From the IMG/VR virus record IMGVR_UViG_3300027747_001390, positions 11,627 through 75,626 of that record: a stretch of DNA of 64,000 nt, one strand, 5' to 3'. This stretch comes from a virus. Shown one piece after another: positions 27,707 to 35,824 of this stretch. Both the position numbers and the translations under genes were made by a program. Below the pieces are notes generated by a model. It saw only the letters and a program-made list of their open reading frames with translations, searched no databases and was not told where the DNA came from. Position 1 is the stretch's first letter; every line of letters starts with the position of its first letter.

Positions 27707-28095
27707 GAAAAAAACGCACAGTCGCCAAGCAAGTCAACGATCCGCTCAAGTACGTGAGGGAGTTTGCGCCCAGCCTCACGGTGGCGAGGGCGAGTCTCCT
27801 GCCGTTTGAAGACCTGATCGCCTCAGAGTCTGCCGGGCCACAAAACGGCGAATCCGATGAAGCCTACTTCGAGATCATGGTTGACACTCACGAGTACGGC
27901 CCGGACACGAGAGTCGCGGCTCACGTCACTGCCGAAGACGTGACCATGTCCGTCTACGAGGTTCTGCTCGATGAGGACGGCGAGCCGGAGAGCGAGTTCG
28001 AGATCGACACGTGGAAGTCTTCCCTCGAAGGCCTTTGGGAATGGCTGCGACAACTCCCCCGCCCCGCTCGATCGTACCGTCGGCGAACTCGTTGA
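27703..28095 (+). CDS. acidic hypothetical protein
   Basis: CCAGTG start; coupled. Confidence 0.5.
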   Translation: MRKKRTVAKQVNDPLKYVREFAPSLTVARASLLPFEDLIASESAGPQNGESDEAYFEIMVDTHEYGPDTRVAAHVTAEDVTMSVYEVLLDEDGEPESEFEIDTWKSSLEGLWEWLRQLPRPARSYRRRTR

Positions 28096-28120
28096 CATTG
28101 TTCCTATCTCACGCGATAAT
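28092..28120 (+). promoter_or_regulatory. sigma70-type promoter for the HTH gene
   Basis: TTGACA-N17-GATAAT; lacks the CCTAGG spacer. Confidence 0.6.
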
Positions 28121-28140
28121 CCAGACAGAAGGAGAACCCT

Positions 28141-28440
28141 ATGTCCAAACCACTTGTTACGCCTCCAGAGATTCGGCTCGTGCTGACTCGTGAGGCCGCG
28201 AAAATCATCGGCTGCTCCATGCGTCAAGTTCGCTCTCTCGCAGAGCGTGGCGTGATCAAGAGTTGGTCGCTAGGCCCGAAGTCTTCCGCGTATGACATCG
28301 AAGAGATCAAGAAGTACAAGACCGAGAAGGAAGCCGGTCGCAAGGCAGGCACCGTTCGAGGTGCCCGTCCGCAGGGGTACAAGCGAGATGTGATGCCTCA
28401 CGAGCGGGCGGCGGCAGCGGCAGCGGCAAAGAAGAAATAG
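28141..28440 (+). CDS. HTH_17/MerR-like DNA-binding protein
   Basis: LTREAAKIIGCSMRQVRSLAERGVI; own promoter and downstream hairpin. Confidence 0.75.
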   Translation: MSKPLVTPPEIRLVLTREAAKIIGCSMRQVRSLAERGVIKSWSLGPKSSAYDIEEIKKYKTEKEAGRKAGTVRGARPQGYKRDVMPHERAAAAAAAKKK

Positions 28441-28557
28441 TGTCATAGCAAAAAGCCCTTGTTTTTCAGGGGCTTTCTGCCTGTTGACAATCGGCCTAGC
28501 TTGCCCTATACTAGGGGCTGAGAGATCGAGACACCGCGAACCAAAGGACGACGAACA
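28440..28557 (+). promoter_or_regulatory. early promoter-leader repeat P5
   Basis: GTGTCATAGCA 28440-28450; TTGACA 28484-N17-TATACT 28507; 49/52 nt identical to P3. Confidence 0.88.
28452..28476 (+). terminator. hairpin after the HTH gene
   Basis: AAAGCCCTTG-TTTTT-CAGGGGCTTT. Confidence 0.5.
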
Positions 28558-28956
28558 ATGAAGACCACCAACAGCAATCAGAAGAACCCAGCCAGCTACC
28601 TGCTCGCCGCCACCGTCGGCTGCGGCTTCAACTACCGCACCACGTCCAGCAAGCTCCACCGCGTCGGAAGCAACGGCGTCGGCGTTGTCGAAGTGCTGTA
28701 CGACGCCGTCGCCGTCAGCAAGAACACCGGGCACGTGACGCCGCTGCTGTGCAGCACGAACCGTGCCGAGTGCAAGCGTGCGGTCGAAACGCACAAAGCT
28801 CGCCAATTGGTTCACAGTCTGGAAGCGACGCTTGAGACGTTCCGCAAGTGGCACGCGGACGGAGACACGACCGACGCGGAACACGCGGACGCAGTGCGGA
28901 CGACGGTTCGGCGGATCGCTGACGCCAAGGCGAGGCTCGACAAGCTGAACGGCTGA
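28558..28956 (+). CDS. early hypothetical protein
   Basis: First gene after P5. Confidence 0.6.
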   Translation: MKTTNSNQKNPASYLLAATVGCGFNYRTTSSKLHRVGSNGVGVVEVLYDAVAVSKNTGHVTPLLCSTNRAECKRAVETHKARQLVHSLEATLETFRKWHADGDTTDAEHADAVRTTVRRIADAKARLDKLNG

Positions 28957-28998
28957 TTTGTACGGATACCACCACCCTCAACCAAAGGACAACGAGCA

Positions 28999-29283
28999 AT
29001 GGCAACGATCAGCAACTCCGACGGCTCCTGCAAGGTCCGCTCCTGCTTCGTGGACGGCAAGTGGGTGCCTTACGACGAGATCATCGCGAAGACGAGCGAG
29101 CGGGTCTTGGGCCTGCTCTCCGACGGCCCTAAGACTCGCCGCTACCTAGGCAAGGCAATCGGCAGCAAGGCAGTGTTTATCGACGCTGCCCTCCGCAGCC
29201 TCTCGCGGTCAGGCCGCGCGGTGGCTTCGATCGGCCCAGTCCTGAACTGCCGTCGCGGACGGGTCTGGACGATCCTCGACTGA
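28999..29283 (+). CDS. winged-HTH-like hypothetical protein
   Basis: ERVLGLLSDGPKTRRYLGKAIG...IDAALRSLSRSG. Confidence 0.5.
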   Translation: MATISNSDGSCKVRSCFVDGKWVPYDEIIAKTSERVLGLLSDGPKTRRYLGKAIGSKAVFIDAALRSLSRSGRAVASIGPVLNCRRGRVWTILD

Positions 29284-29326
29284 TTTGTACGGATACAACC
29301 ACCCCTAGCCAAAGGACGACGAACAG

Positions 29327-29551
29327 ATGAAGCGACTCTGGACAGGCAATACGGTTCGGCAAGAGGTGATCCGGTTTGCGTCGGTGCGGCGTGACTTCGC
29401 CCCCGGCGATGCCGTCGAAGCCGTGTGCGACGGCTGGGAGCGTTGCCCGGTCAACAGCATCAATCATCAGATAGGCCTTTACGTCCGCGACCTGTCGGAC
29501 TGTGCTTGGAAGCGGCTGGTTCGGGACGTTAAAAAAGCGCGACGCGGCTGA
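29327..29551 (+). CDS. hypothetical protein
   Basis: Same leader type as 28999. Confidence 0.5.
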   Translation: MKRLWTGNTVRQEVIRFASVRRDFAPGDAVEAVCDGWERCPVNSINHQIGLYVRDLSDCAWKRLVRDVKKARRG

Positions 29552-29570
29552 TTGTCCGGATACCACCCAA

Positions 29571-29642
29571 TTGACAATCCGCCTAGGTTGTCCTATACTT
29601 CACCCAGACGAGAACGACACCAACCGCAAAGGAGCCGACACA
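29571..29642 (+). promoter_or_regulatory. early promoter-leader repeat P6
   Basis: TTGACA-ATCCGCCTAGGTTGTCC-TATACT; leader ends AAAGGAGCCGACACAATGACCAA like P2. Confidence 0.85.
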
Positions 29643-30563
29643 ATGACCAACATTCGCACCGACGTCCACGCCCCCTCTTCCGCCGCCTTCGATCCGAGCC
29701 TCTACGATTGCTACGGCTGCTGGGACGGTAGCCCTGAATTTGTTTGCGTCGGCTTCGATCCGCTCCAAGAGTATCGCGAGCAAATCAAGTCTCTCGTCGC
29801 CCGTGGCTACACGTGCGGCAGGGGCTGCAAGGCAGTCTGCGGCCACTGCGGCGCGAACATCCGCTACTTCGCCCTGCTCGTCCGCGACGACGTCAAGCAG
29901 TTCATCCACGTCGGCGAGCAGTGCCTCGACAACCGCTTTCAGGTCGAGACTGCTGCCGAGTTTCAGAATCTCCGCAAGTCCGCGAAGCTGAACCGCGAGC
30001 GGGCTACCCGCGACGAGCGGATCGAGTCCCTCCGCCAGAACCCGGCGATCGCCCGTCTCCTCGACGGCGGAAGGGACGTCGAGGCCAGCGAGTTCCTCTA
30101 CGACGTCCGGAGCAAGGCTCTCGAATACGGGCGTCTCAGCGACGGCCAGATCGCAGCCGTGGAGCGGGCCTTCGCGCAGATTGCCCGCCGGGAGCAGTGG
30201 GCGGCGGAGCGGCGTGCGGAAGCTCTCCGTCTGGCTGAGGCTGGCGTCAAGGCACCGGAGGGGCGTGTCGAGGTGACTGGCGTGGTGCTGTCGGCCAAGG
30301 AACACCAGAGCCAGTTCGGCACCGCGATCAAGATCGTGGTCAAGTCGGACGACGGCTGGAAGGTCTGGACGACCGCCCCGGCGTCGCTGTTGATCAACGT
30401 CGATGCCGCAGCCGTGAAGTCTGCCACGACGGTCATCGATGAGGTCCGCGAGGCTCTCGTCGGCAAGCGGATCAAGTTCGTGGCCGCTCTCACTCGAAGC
30501 CCTAGCGACGCCGCCTTCGCCTTCGGCAAGCGGCCCACGAAGGCCTCGTTCGTCGCGGCTTGA
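29643..30563 (+). CDS. zinc-binding protein with OB-fold-like C-terminus
   Basis: CGHCGANIRY, HVGEQC, GRLSDGQI, VEVTGVVLSAK...FGKRPTKA. Confidence 0.65.
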   Translation: MTNIRTDVHAPSSAAFDPSLYDCYGCWDGSPEFVCVGFDPLQEYREQIKSLVARGYTCGRGCKAVCGHCGANIRYFALLVRDDVKQFIHVGEQCLDNRFQVETAAEFQNLRKSAKLNRERATRDERIESLRQNPAIARLLDGGRDVEASEFLYDVRSKALEYGRLSDGQIAAVERAFAQIARREQWAAERRAEALRLAEAGVKAPEGRVEVTGVVLSAKEHQSQFGTAIKIVVKSDDGWKVWTTAPASLLINVDAAAVKSATTVIDEVREALVGKRIKFVAALTRSPSDAAFAFGKRPTKASFVAA

Positions 30564-30617
30564 CCAAATTGTCCGGACTCGTTTACCATCCCACCCCCAA
30601 CGAAGGAGAGGTCACCG

Positions 30618-31046
30618 ATGAGCTTCACAGCATTCCACTGCACGTGCCAGAAGTGCCGCAAGCGGTTCTGGGCTTACCCCAACCGCAAGGGTTCGAGCGG
30701 CACCTATCCAAAGTTCTGCTCGCGTGCCTGCTACACGGCAGACGTCAAGCAGACGGCGGAGTGCAACCGTCTCAGGCGAGAGCGGAAAGAGCAGTCGACC
30801 GTTCGCGTCCCGGCAGCGTTCTTCGCGGATCACGAGTCGCGAGACTGCGAGCCGTACTGCGAGCCGGTCAAGCGTGCCGGTCGCTATGTCTGGCTCAAGC
30901 TCGACGACCCCGGCCTCGAAGAGTTGCTCAGCGATGCCCGTCACTACGCCGACCCGACGTGGACTCTCGACCCGTGCTACTTCGGCCTCAAGCGGTCCGC
31001 AGTGGCGACGGTCAAGGCGATCGAGGCGGCTCAGGTCAGCAAGTAA
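30618..31046 (+). CDS. zinc-finger hypothetical protein
   Basis: CQKC...KFCSRAC. Confidence 0.55.
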   Translation: MSFTAFHCTCQKCRKRFWAYPNRKGSSGTYPKFCSRACYTADVKQTAECNRLRRERKEQSTVRVPAAFFADHESRDCEPYCEPVKRAGRYVWLKLDDPGLEELLSDARHYADPTWTLDPCYFGLKRSAVATVKAIEAAQVSK

Positions 31047-31072
31047 CACCACCAACAGCAAAGGGGCTACCA

Positions 31073-31327
31073 GTGAACAGCTACGCAATCATCAACGACA
31101 CAGCGGTCCTCGATCAGGCTCTGAGCCTGTGCCGGGGCAGCTACCAGCGTGACATCCTCTTGGGTCGCGAGTCTCTGTCTGGCTCGACGCTCAGGGGCAA
31201 GGCCAAGAGTTACGGCGGCAAGTACAAGGCGTCTGCCGCCTCGATCCTGCGGAAGTGCCAGCAGGCCGGTCTCGCGGTTCGCGAGGAGGCTGGACTGCGG
31301 GGCAAGCGGCTCGTGGTCGTCGGTTAG
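31073..31327 (+). CDS. hypothetical protein
   Basis: CCAGTG start; LSGSTLRGKAKSYGGKY. Confidence 0.55.
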   Translation: MNSYAIINDTAVLDQALSLCRGSYQRDILLGRESLSGSTLRGKAKSYGGKYKASAASILRKCQQAGLAVREEAGLRGKRLVVVG

Positions 31328-31365
31328 TACGGACTCATTCACCCCCAACACCGAAGGAGCTACCA

Positions 31366-31665
31366 GTGAACATCGTCCTAGACGCCGACACGAGCGACTG
31401 CCCCGGAGCGATTTGCAAAGTGCTGGACTCGACCGAGTCTCGCTCGATCCTTGTGCAGCAAGACACCGACGCGCCGGGCGTGGCTTCGGCTTTCGGATGG
31501 TCGCCCCGGTACGTGAGTTCGATCGCTGGGTGCAAGCACCTGACGACTGACGGCACGATCGACTGCCAAGAGTGCGGAGCGAAGGCGATCCAGTTCATCG
31601 AGTCTGCGGTGGAGTTCTTGAACGACAACGACGGGGCCGTCGCGGACGATCCCGGCTACTTCTGA
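31366..31665 (+). CDS. conserved phage protein
   Basis: GVASAFGW, CKHLTTDGTIDCQECG, DDPGYF. Confidence 0.6.
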   Translation: MNIVLDADTSDCPGAICKVLDSTESRSILVQQDTDAPGVASAFGWSPRYVSSIAGCKHLTTDGTIDCQECGAKAIQFIESAVEFLNDNDGAVADDPGYF

Positions 31666-31679
31666 AAGGTAGGTGAGCA

Positions 31680-32027
31680 GTGGAGACGATCGACATCGGC
31701 AACGCGACGATCCTGCTCGATGCCGTGGACACTGACCGCGATGGGCGGACTGTCTACGGCTACTCGATCCGGATCGATGGAGTCGAGCCGACGCATCAGG
31801 CTCGCGACTTGAGGAGCGGCTGTCAGGGCGGCACGGAGCGAGAGGGACTTGCGAGTCTCCTGTCGTTCCTGTCGGCAGCAGCAGAGTCTCGGCAGTACCG
31901 GGAGCGGACCGGACGAGAGGGCGACAACGAAGCATTTTTCCCGGCGGAAATCGTTGACTGGGCGTGCCAGTACAGCGAAGCGATTGCGGTGGCATCACTC
32001 GAACTTGAAGGAGGTGACCAGTGTTGA
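31680..32027 (+). CDS. hypothetical protein
   Basis: DLRSGCQG...SLLSFLSAAAES. Confidence 0.55.
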   Translation: METIDIGNATILLDAVDTDRDGRTVYGYSIRIDGVEPTHQARDLRSGCQGGTEREGLASLLSFLSAAAESRQYRERTGREGDNEAFFPAEIVDWACQYSEAIAVASLELEGGDQC

Positions 32028-32275
32028 ATGTGCGAGTCGAACATACGGATACATTTGCCGGAGAGGCCAACTACTCATGGGTGAATCGCCACGAGTTCGA
32101 GGCTCTCGACAACGCAAGCCGCAGAACACTTGTTCGGCGTGCGAAGGCGGAGTGCGGACTGACGAACGTCCCCTGTGACGTGACTGAATGGGGGGACGAT
32201 ATCACGATCCAGCCTCGTGGGCTGTGTCAAATCGTCTTCATCACTTGCGAGACGAAGGCGGAGGAAGACCAGTGA
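32021..32275 (+). CDS. conserved phage protein
   Basis: EHTDTFAGEANYSWV. Confidence 0.6.
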   Translation: MLNVRVEHTDTFAGEANYSWVNRHEFEALDNASRRTLVRRAKAECGLTNVPCDVTEWGDDITIQPRGLCQIVFITCETKAEEDQ

Positions 32276-32634
32276 GCAAAAACCTGATCCATGTGATTCA
32301 CCCCTATTGGGATCACGGCAGTCTCATGTTCGACGACCCGAGTGTTGGCCTTGAGAAGGAGCCGTTCGTTGCCGGTGCTGACATCGCCTTGTCGATGTTG
32401 GCATCGGCAGTGAAGGGATGCAAGAAGGAGTTCACGCTTCTCTTCTCGCATCTCGCGTTTCCCGGTCACCAGTTGAAGGCGACTCGCGGCAAGGCGGAGG
32501 CCGGGGGCTACTGGTATCACTGGGAGGCGTTGGGGGTCGATGGGTGGCTGTGCCCGGCGTTGTTCAAGTATTTCAAGACTGCACCGAAGGCGATCTACGT
32601 GCAGATCAAACCGCGACACAAGGGAGCGAAGTAG
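32272..32634 (+). CDS. DUF6717-like protein
   Basis: FDDPSVGLEKEPFVAGAD...GWLCPALFKYF..APKAIYVQ. Confidence 0.7.
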   Translation: MSKNLIHVIHPYWDHGSLMFDDPSVGLEKEPFVAGADIALSMLASAVKGCKKEFTLLFSHLAFPGHQLKATRGKAEAGGYWYHWEALGVDGWLCPALFKYFKTAPKAIYVQIKPRHKGAK

Positions 32635-32933
32635 TGAAACTCATCAGGGAAGACACGTATCGTGTGAGTCCACGAGTGTTGATCACTCGTGGCGATCGAT
32701 TCACGGCCACGGGAGGGCCGTATTGGAAAACGAGCGACGGCAGCAAGCTGCCGCTCAAGAGTTATGGACCGTACACGTTCCACTCTCACGTGAGGCGTGG
32801 TGCGGTTGAGTGGATCGAGTGTCTCGACAAGGACGGAGCGTTCGCCGTGCTGCACATCGCAGGACGCCGGAAGCGGATCGACGGTTCTCTCGTGGCAAGG
32901 CCGTATAAAATCGGTGCCAAAAAAAGAGCTTGA
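32634..32933 (+). CDS. hypothetical protein
   Basis: Coupled ORF. Confidence 0.5.
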   Translation: MKLIREDTYRVSPRVLITRGDRFTATGGPYWKTSDGSKLPLKSYGPYTFHSHVRRGAVEWIECLDKDGAFAVLHIAGRRKRIDGSLVARPYKIGAKKRA

Positions 32934-32957
32934 CCTTACGGCCTAGGTAGGTATGAT
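32930..32957 (+). promoter_or_regulatory. promoter P7 (variant of the repeat)
   Basis: TTGACC-TTACGGCCTAGGTAGG-TATGAT. Confidence 0.7.
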
Positions 32958-32999
32958 TCGTCAACTGGTTTCAATCACGTTTGAATAAGGAGCAGACAC

Positions 33000-33728
33000 A
33001 TGACCCTGATTCTTCATTGCGGTGCAACGAGTGCCAGCCGGGAAGAGGTAGACGCCGTCGTCACCCCGGAAGGTACGGATACATGGACTCCGATCCGTCA
33101 CGGCGAGATTGCCGATGCCGTCGAGCAATCGCTCATCGGCACGGGACTCTCTCCGAAGTCGGCGGACTACGGGCTGACAAAGGACGGTGCGAGGCTTTTT
33201 GGGCTGTACACCCTCGCGGGTGAGCATCCCGACTACGCCCTGACGGTTGGATTCAGAAACTCGCACGACAAGAGTTTCGCGGCGAGTGTGTGCTGTGGTT
33301 CGAGAGTGTTCGTGTGCGACAACCTCTGCTTCAGCGGAGAGGTGACGATCTCGTCGAAGCACACGAAGCATCTGCGGTCTCGCTTGACTCGGATCGTGTC
33401 CGAGGCTGTCGAGAAGCTGACAGTCAAGCGTCAGCTTGTCGAGCGTCGGATCGCTCTCTACAAGGAGACGGAGGTCTCGTCTCAGGCTCACCTCCACGAC
33501 CTTGTTCTCAGGTCGTTCCGGGCCGATGCGATCCCCGCGCAGGCGATCTCGAAGGTCATCGCTGAGTTCGAGGCTCCGCGTCACCCTGAGTTCCGCGACT
33601 GGACCCTCTGGAGCTTGTCCAACGCCTTCACCGAGGTGCTGAAGGGCTACGGTGAGATCGAGCGTCGGACCATCCGGCTCAACGGCGTCCTCGACACTGA
33701 GATCGGCGACAAGCTCCTCGCGGTTTAG
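33000..33728 (+). CDS. DUF932 (DUF945-like) protein
   Basis: TWTPIRH, GFRNSHDKS, GSRVFVCDNLCFSG, KHT, WSLSNAFTE. Confidence 0.85.
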   Translation: MTLILHCGATSASREEVDAVVTPEGTDTWTPIRHGEIADAVEQSLIGTGLSPKSADYGLTKDGARLFGLYTLAGEHPDYALTVGFRNSHDKSFAASVCCGSRVFVCDNLCFSGEVTISSKHTKHLRSRLTRIVSEAVEKLTVKRQLVERRIALYKETEVSSQAHLHDLVLRSFRADAIPAQAISKVIAEFEAPRHPEFRDWTLWSLSNAFTEVLKGYGEIERRTIRLNGVLDTEIGDKLLAV

Positions 33729-33742
33729 TATGGAAGTGTTCA

Positions 33743-33772
33743 CCCGGCGGGCGGCACTTCGCCCCCGCCGGG
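33743..33772 (+). terminator. GC-rich hairpin after DUF932
   Basis: CCCGGCGGG / CCCGCCGGG arms; no U tract. Confidence 0.4.
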
Positions 33773-33793
33773 CACCATCACGGAGGGACAATC

Positions 33794-34123
33794 ATGGCTC
33801 GACGAGACCCCAAATTGACCTACCAGAATTTCGGCAAGTTCCGCCATACGTGGATTCACGAGGCGGACCGGATTTTCAGCGAATGCGACGAGTTCGTCGC
33901 TCAGCCGCCGTCCGTCAGTCCGCAGTCTGCTCGCCACTGGAGACGTGCTGCAAAGCTCTACGAGCGGTCCGCAGACTTCTACAGGCGTGCCGGGCTGGGC
34001 ATCAAAGCGATCGAGAGTTGGAAGTCGGCCGAGAGGTGCTACGCAGCACTCGACATGACCGACGATCAGGAGCGTTGCAGGCTCAAGAGTGTTTCTATCC
34101 CTGTTTACTACGAGGAGGATTGA
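33794..34123 (+). CDS. hypothetical helical protein
   Basis: GGAGG RBS. Confidence 0.55.
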   Translation: MARRDPKLTYQNFGKFRHTWIHEADRIFSECDEFVAQPPSVSPQSARHWRRAAKLYERSADFYRRAGLGIKAIESWKSAERCYAALDMTDDQERCRLKSVSIPVYYEED

Positions 34124-34127
34124 AGAC

Positions 34128-34421
34128 ATGGAAGTTGGACAGGTGGTCTACACGGCGACTGTGTTCCCCGGCGACAAGCCTTGGGTGCATTTCGCCACAA
34201 GAACGATCTCGGCAGTGCTGCCGACAGGCTATGTCGTCGATGCAAAGGGGCACCCGACGGTGGTCATGAAGGCAGACGACTTGCACGCGACTCAGGCTGA
34301 TGCGGCTGCTCGTGCCGTCGACAGGCTCAGGGGCGAAATGGCGAAGATTATCGAAACCTATCTCAAGCAGATTCAGGCCGTCGAGAAAAATGGCTTGCAG
34401 GACTCAGGTCTGCCGGTATAG
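34128..34421 (+). CDS. hypothetical protein
   Basis: GAGGAGG RBS. Confidence 0.55.
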   Translation: MEVGQVVYTATVFPGDKPWVHFATRTISAVLPTGYVVDAKGHPTVVMKADDLHATQADAAARAVDRLRGEMAKIIETYLKQIQAVEKNGLQDSGLPV

Positions 34422-34456
34422 TCTCGGATCACTAACCAAAGTACGGATACACAGAC

Positions 34457-35824
34457 ATGGCTCCAAGGATGGAGCCGTGGCCTCACCAAGGGGCTGCGGC
34501 GGCGTGGCTCTCTGCACGCAAATACGGTTTTCTGAATCACGAAATGGGCTGCGGCAAGACGCTTGTAGCCATTTTGGCGACGGCAGGATGCCGAAACACG
34601 CTCGTGGTCTGCCCGATTGCAGTCGGACCAGCATGGATTGCACAGGTCGCATCATCGGGCGACTCTCGCCGGGTCTGCCTAGCCGTCGAAGGATCGGCGG
34701 CTAGGCGGGCCGAGCGTATCAAAGAGGCTCTTTCTGGCGACGAGCCTACGATCGTAGTCATCAACTACGATTCCGTATGGAGGACTGAGATCGCGAAAGT
34801 GATCGCAGGGACTCAGTGGGACGCGATCGTTCTCGACGAGTCCCACCGGATAAAGAGTCACACCGGCAAGGCCTCGAAGTTTCTGTGCAAGCTGGCAGAG
34901 CGTCAGCCGCAAGCCAAGCGGCTCTGCCTGTCCGGTACTCCGACGCCGAAAGACCCGCTCGACTGGTACGCACAACTCAAGTTTCTTGATCCTGAGATTC
35001 TTGGCTGTTCGTATCCGGCCTTTCGCAACAGGATCGCCAACACGCACCCGAAATACCCCGGTTGGGTCGTCAACTTCAAGAAGGAGGGTCTCGACGCCCT
35101 TCGCGAGCGGATCGACCAGCACGTGCATCGAGTCCAGAGCGGCGACGTTCTCGATCTGCCCGAGGCGATCCACACGGTGATCGAGGTCGAGATCACTGGC
35201 AAGACTCGCCAGTTCTACGACTCCCTTGAGAACGACATGGTCGCGTTCCTCGACGGCGAGCCGGTTACGGCGGCGAATCAGCTTGTCGTGGTAAGCAGGC
35301 TTCGCACAGCGGCAGGCGGCTACAGTCGCATCGACGGCGGCAGCGAGTTTCAGTTGATCGACGGGACTCCTGCCAAGTCTTCGACGTTCGCAGACTGGCT
35401 GGAGGACTTCCCGCAACGCACGCCTCTCGTGGTTTTCTGCTCGTTCGTCCGCGACATCGAAGAGGTCGTCTCCCAGTGTCGCAAGGCAGGCAGGAGCGTG
35501 TCTCAGCTTCGAGGCGGTACGAACCAACTCGCGGCGTGGCAGGTCGGTGAGACAGACGTGATCGTGATCCAGCAGCAGTCTGGCGGCGCGGGGATCGACT
35601 GCACCCGCGCGAGTCACTGCGTGTACTACTCCTGCGGACACAGCTTGGGCGACTTCGACCAAAGCCTTGCGAGGCTCCGCAGGCCGGGCCAGAAGCACAC
35701 GTGCCGCTACTACCACTTTGTAGTCAGGAACACGGTCGAGGAGACGATCTACGAGGCACTGCAAAACAAGAGAGACGTGGTTGAGGAAGTTTTATCAAGG
35801 CTTACACGGAGGGTTGGCAAATGA
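34457..35824 (+). CDS. SNF2-family helicase
   Basis: EMGCGKT, VLDESH, LSGTP, QSLARLRRPGQ. Confidence 0.92.
   Translation: MAPRMEPWPHQGAAAAWLSARKYGFLNHEMGCGKTLVAILATAGCRNTLVVCPIAVGPAWIAQVASSGDSRRVCLAVEGSAARRAERIKEALSGDEPTIVVINYDSVWRTEIAKVIAGTQWDAIVLDESHRIKSHTGKASKFLCKLAERQPQAKRLCLSGTPTPKDPLDWYAQLKFLDPEILGCSYPAFRNRIANTHPKYPGWVVNFKKEGLDALRERIDQHVHRVQSGDVLDLPEAIHTVIEVEITGKTRQFYDSLENDMVAFLDGEPVTAANQLVVVSRLRTAAGGYSRIDGGSEFQLIDGTPAKSSTFADWLEDFPQRTPLVVFCSFVRDIEEVVSQCRKAGRSVSQLRGGTNQLAAWQVGETDVIVIQQQSGGAGIDCTRASHCVYYSCGHSLGDFDQSLARLRRPGQKHTCRYYHFVVRNTVEETIYEALQNKRDVVEEVLSRLTRRVGK

Noticed and set aside
17008-33000. CRISPR array or integron cassette array
   Set aside because: Repeats are separated by whole genes of variable length, no cas genes are present, the repeats lack attC RYYYAAC/GTTRRRY ends, and they read as promoters and leaders
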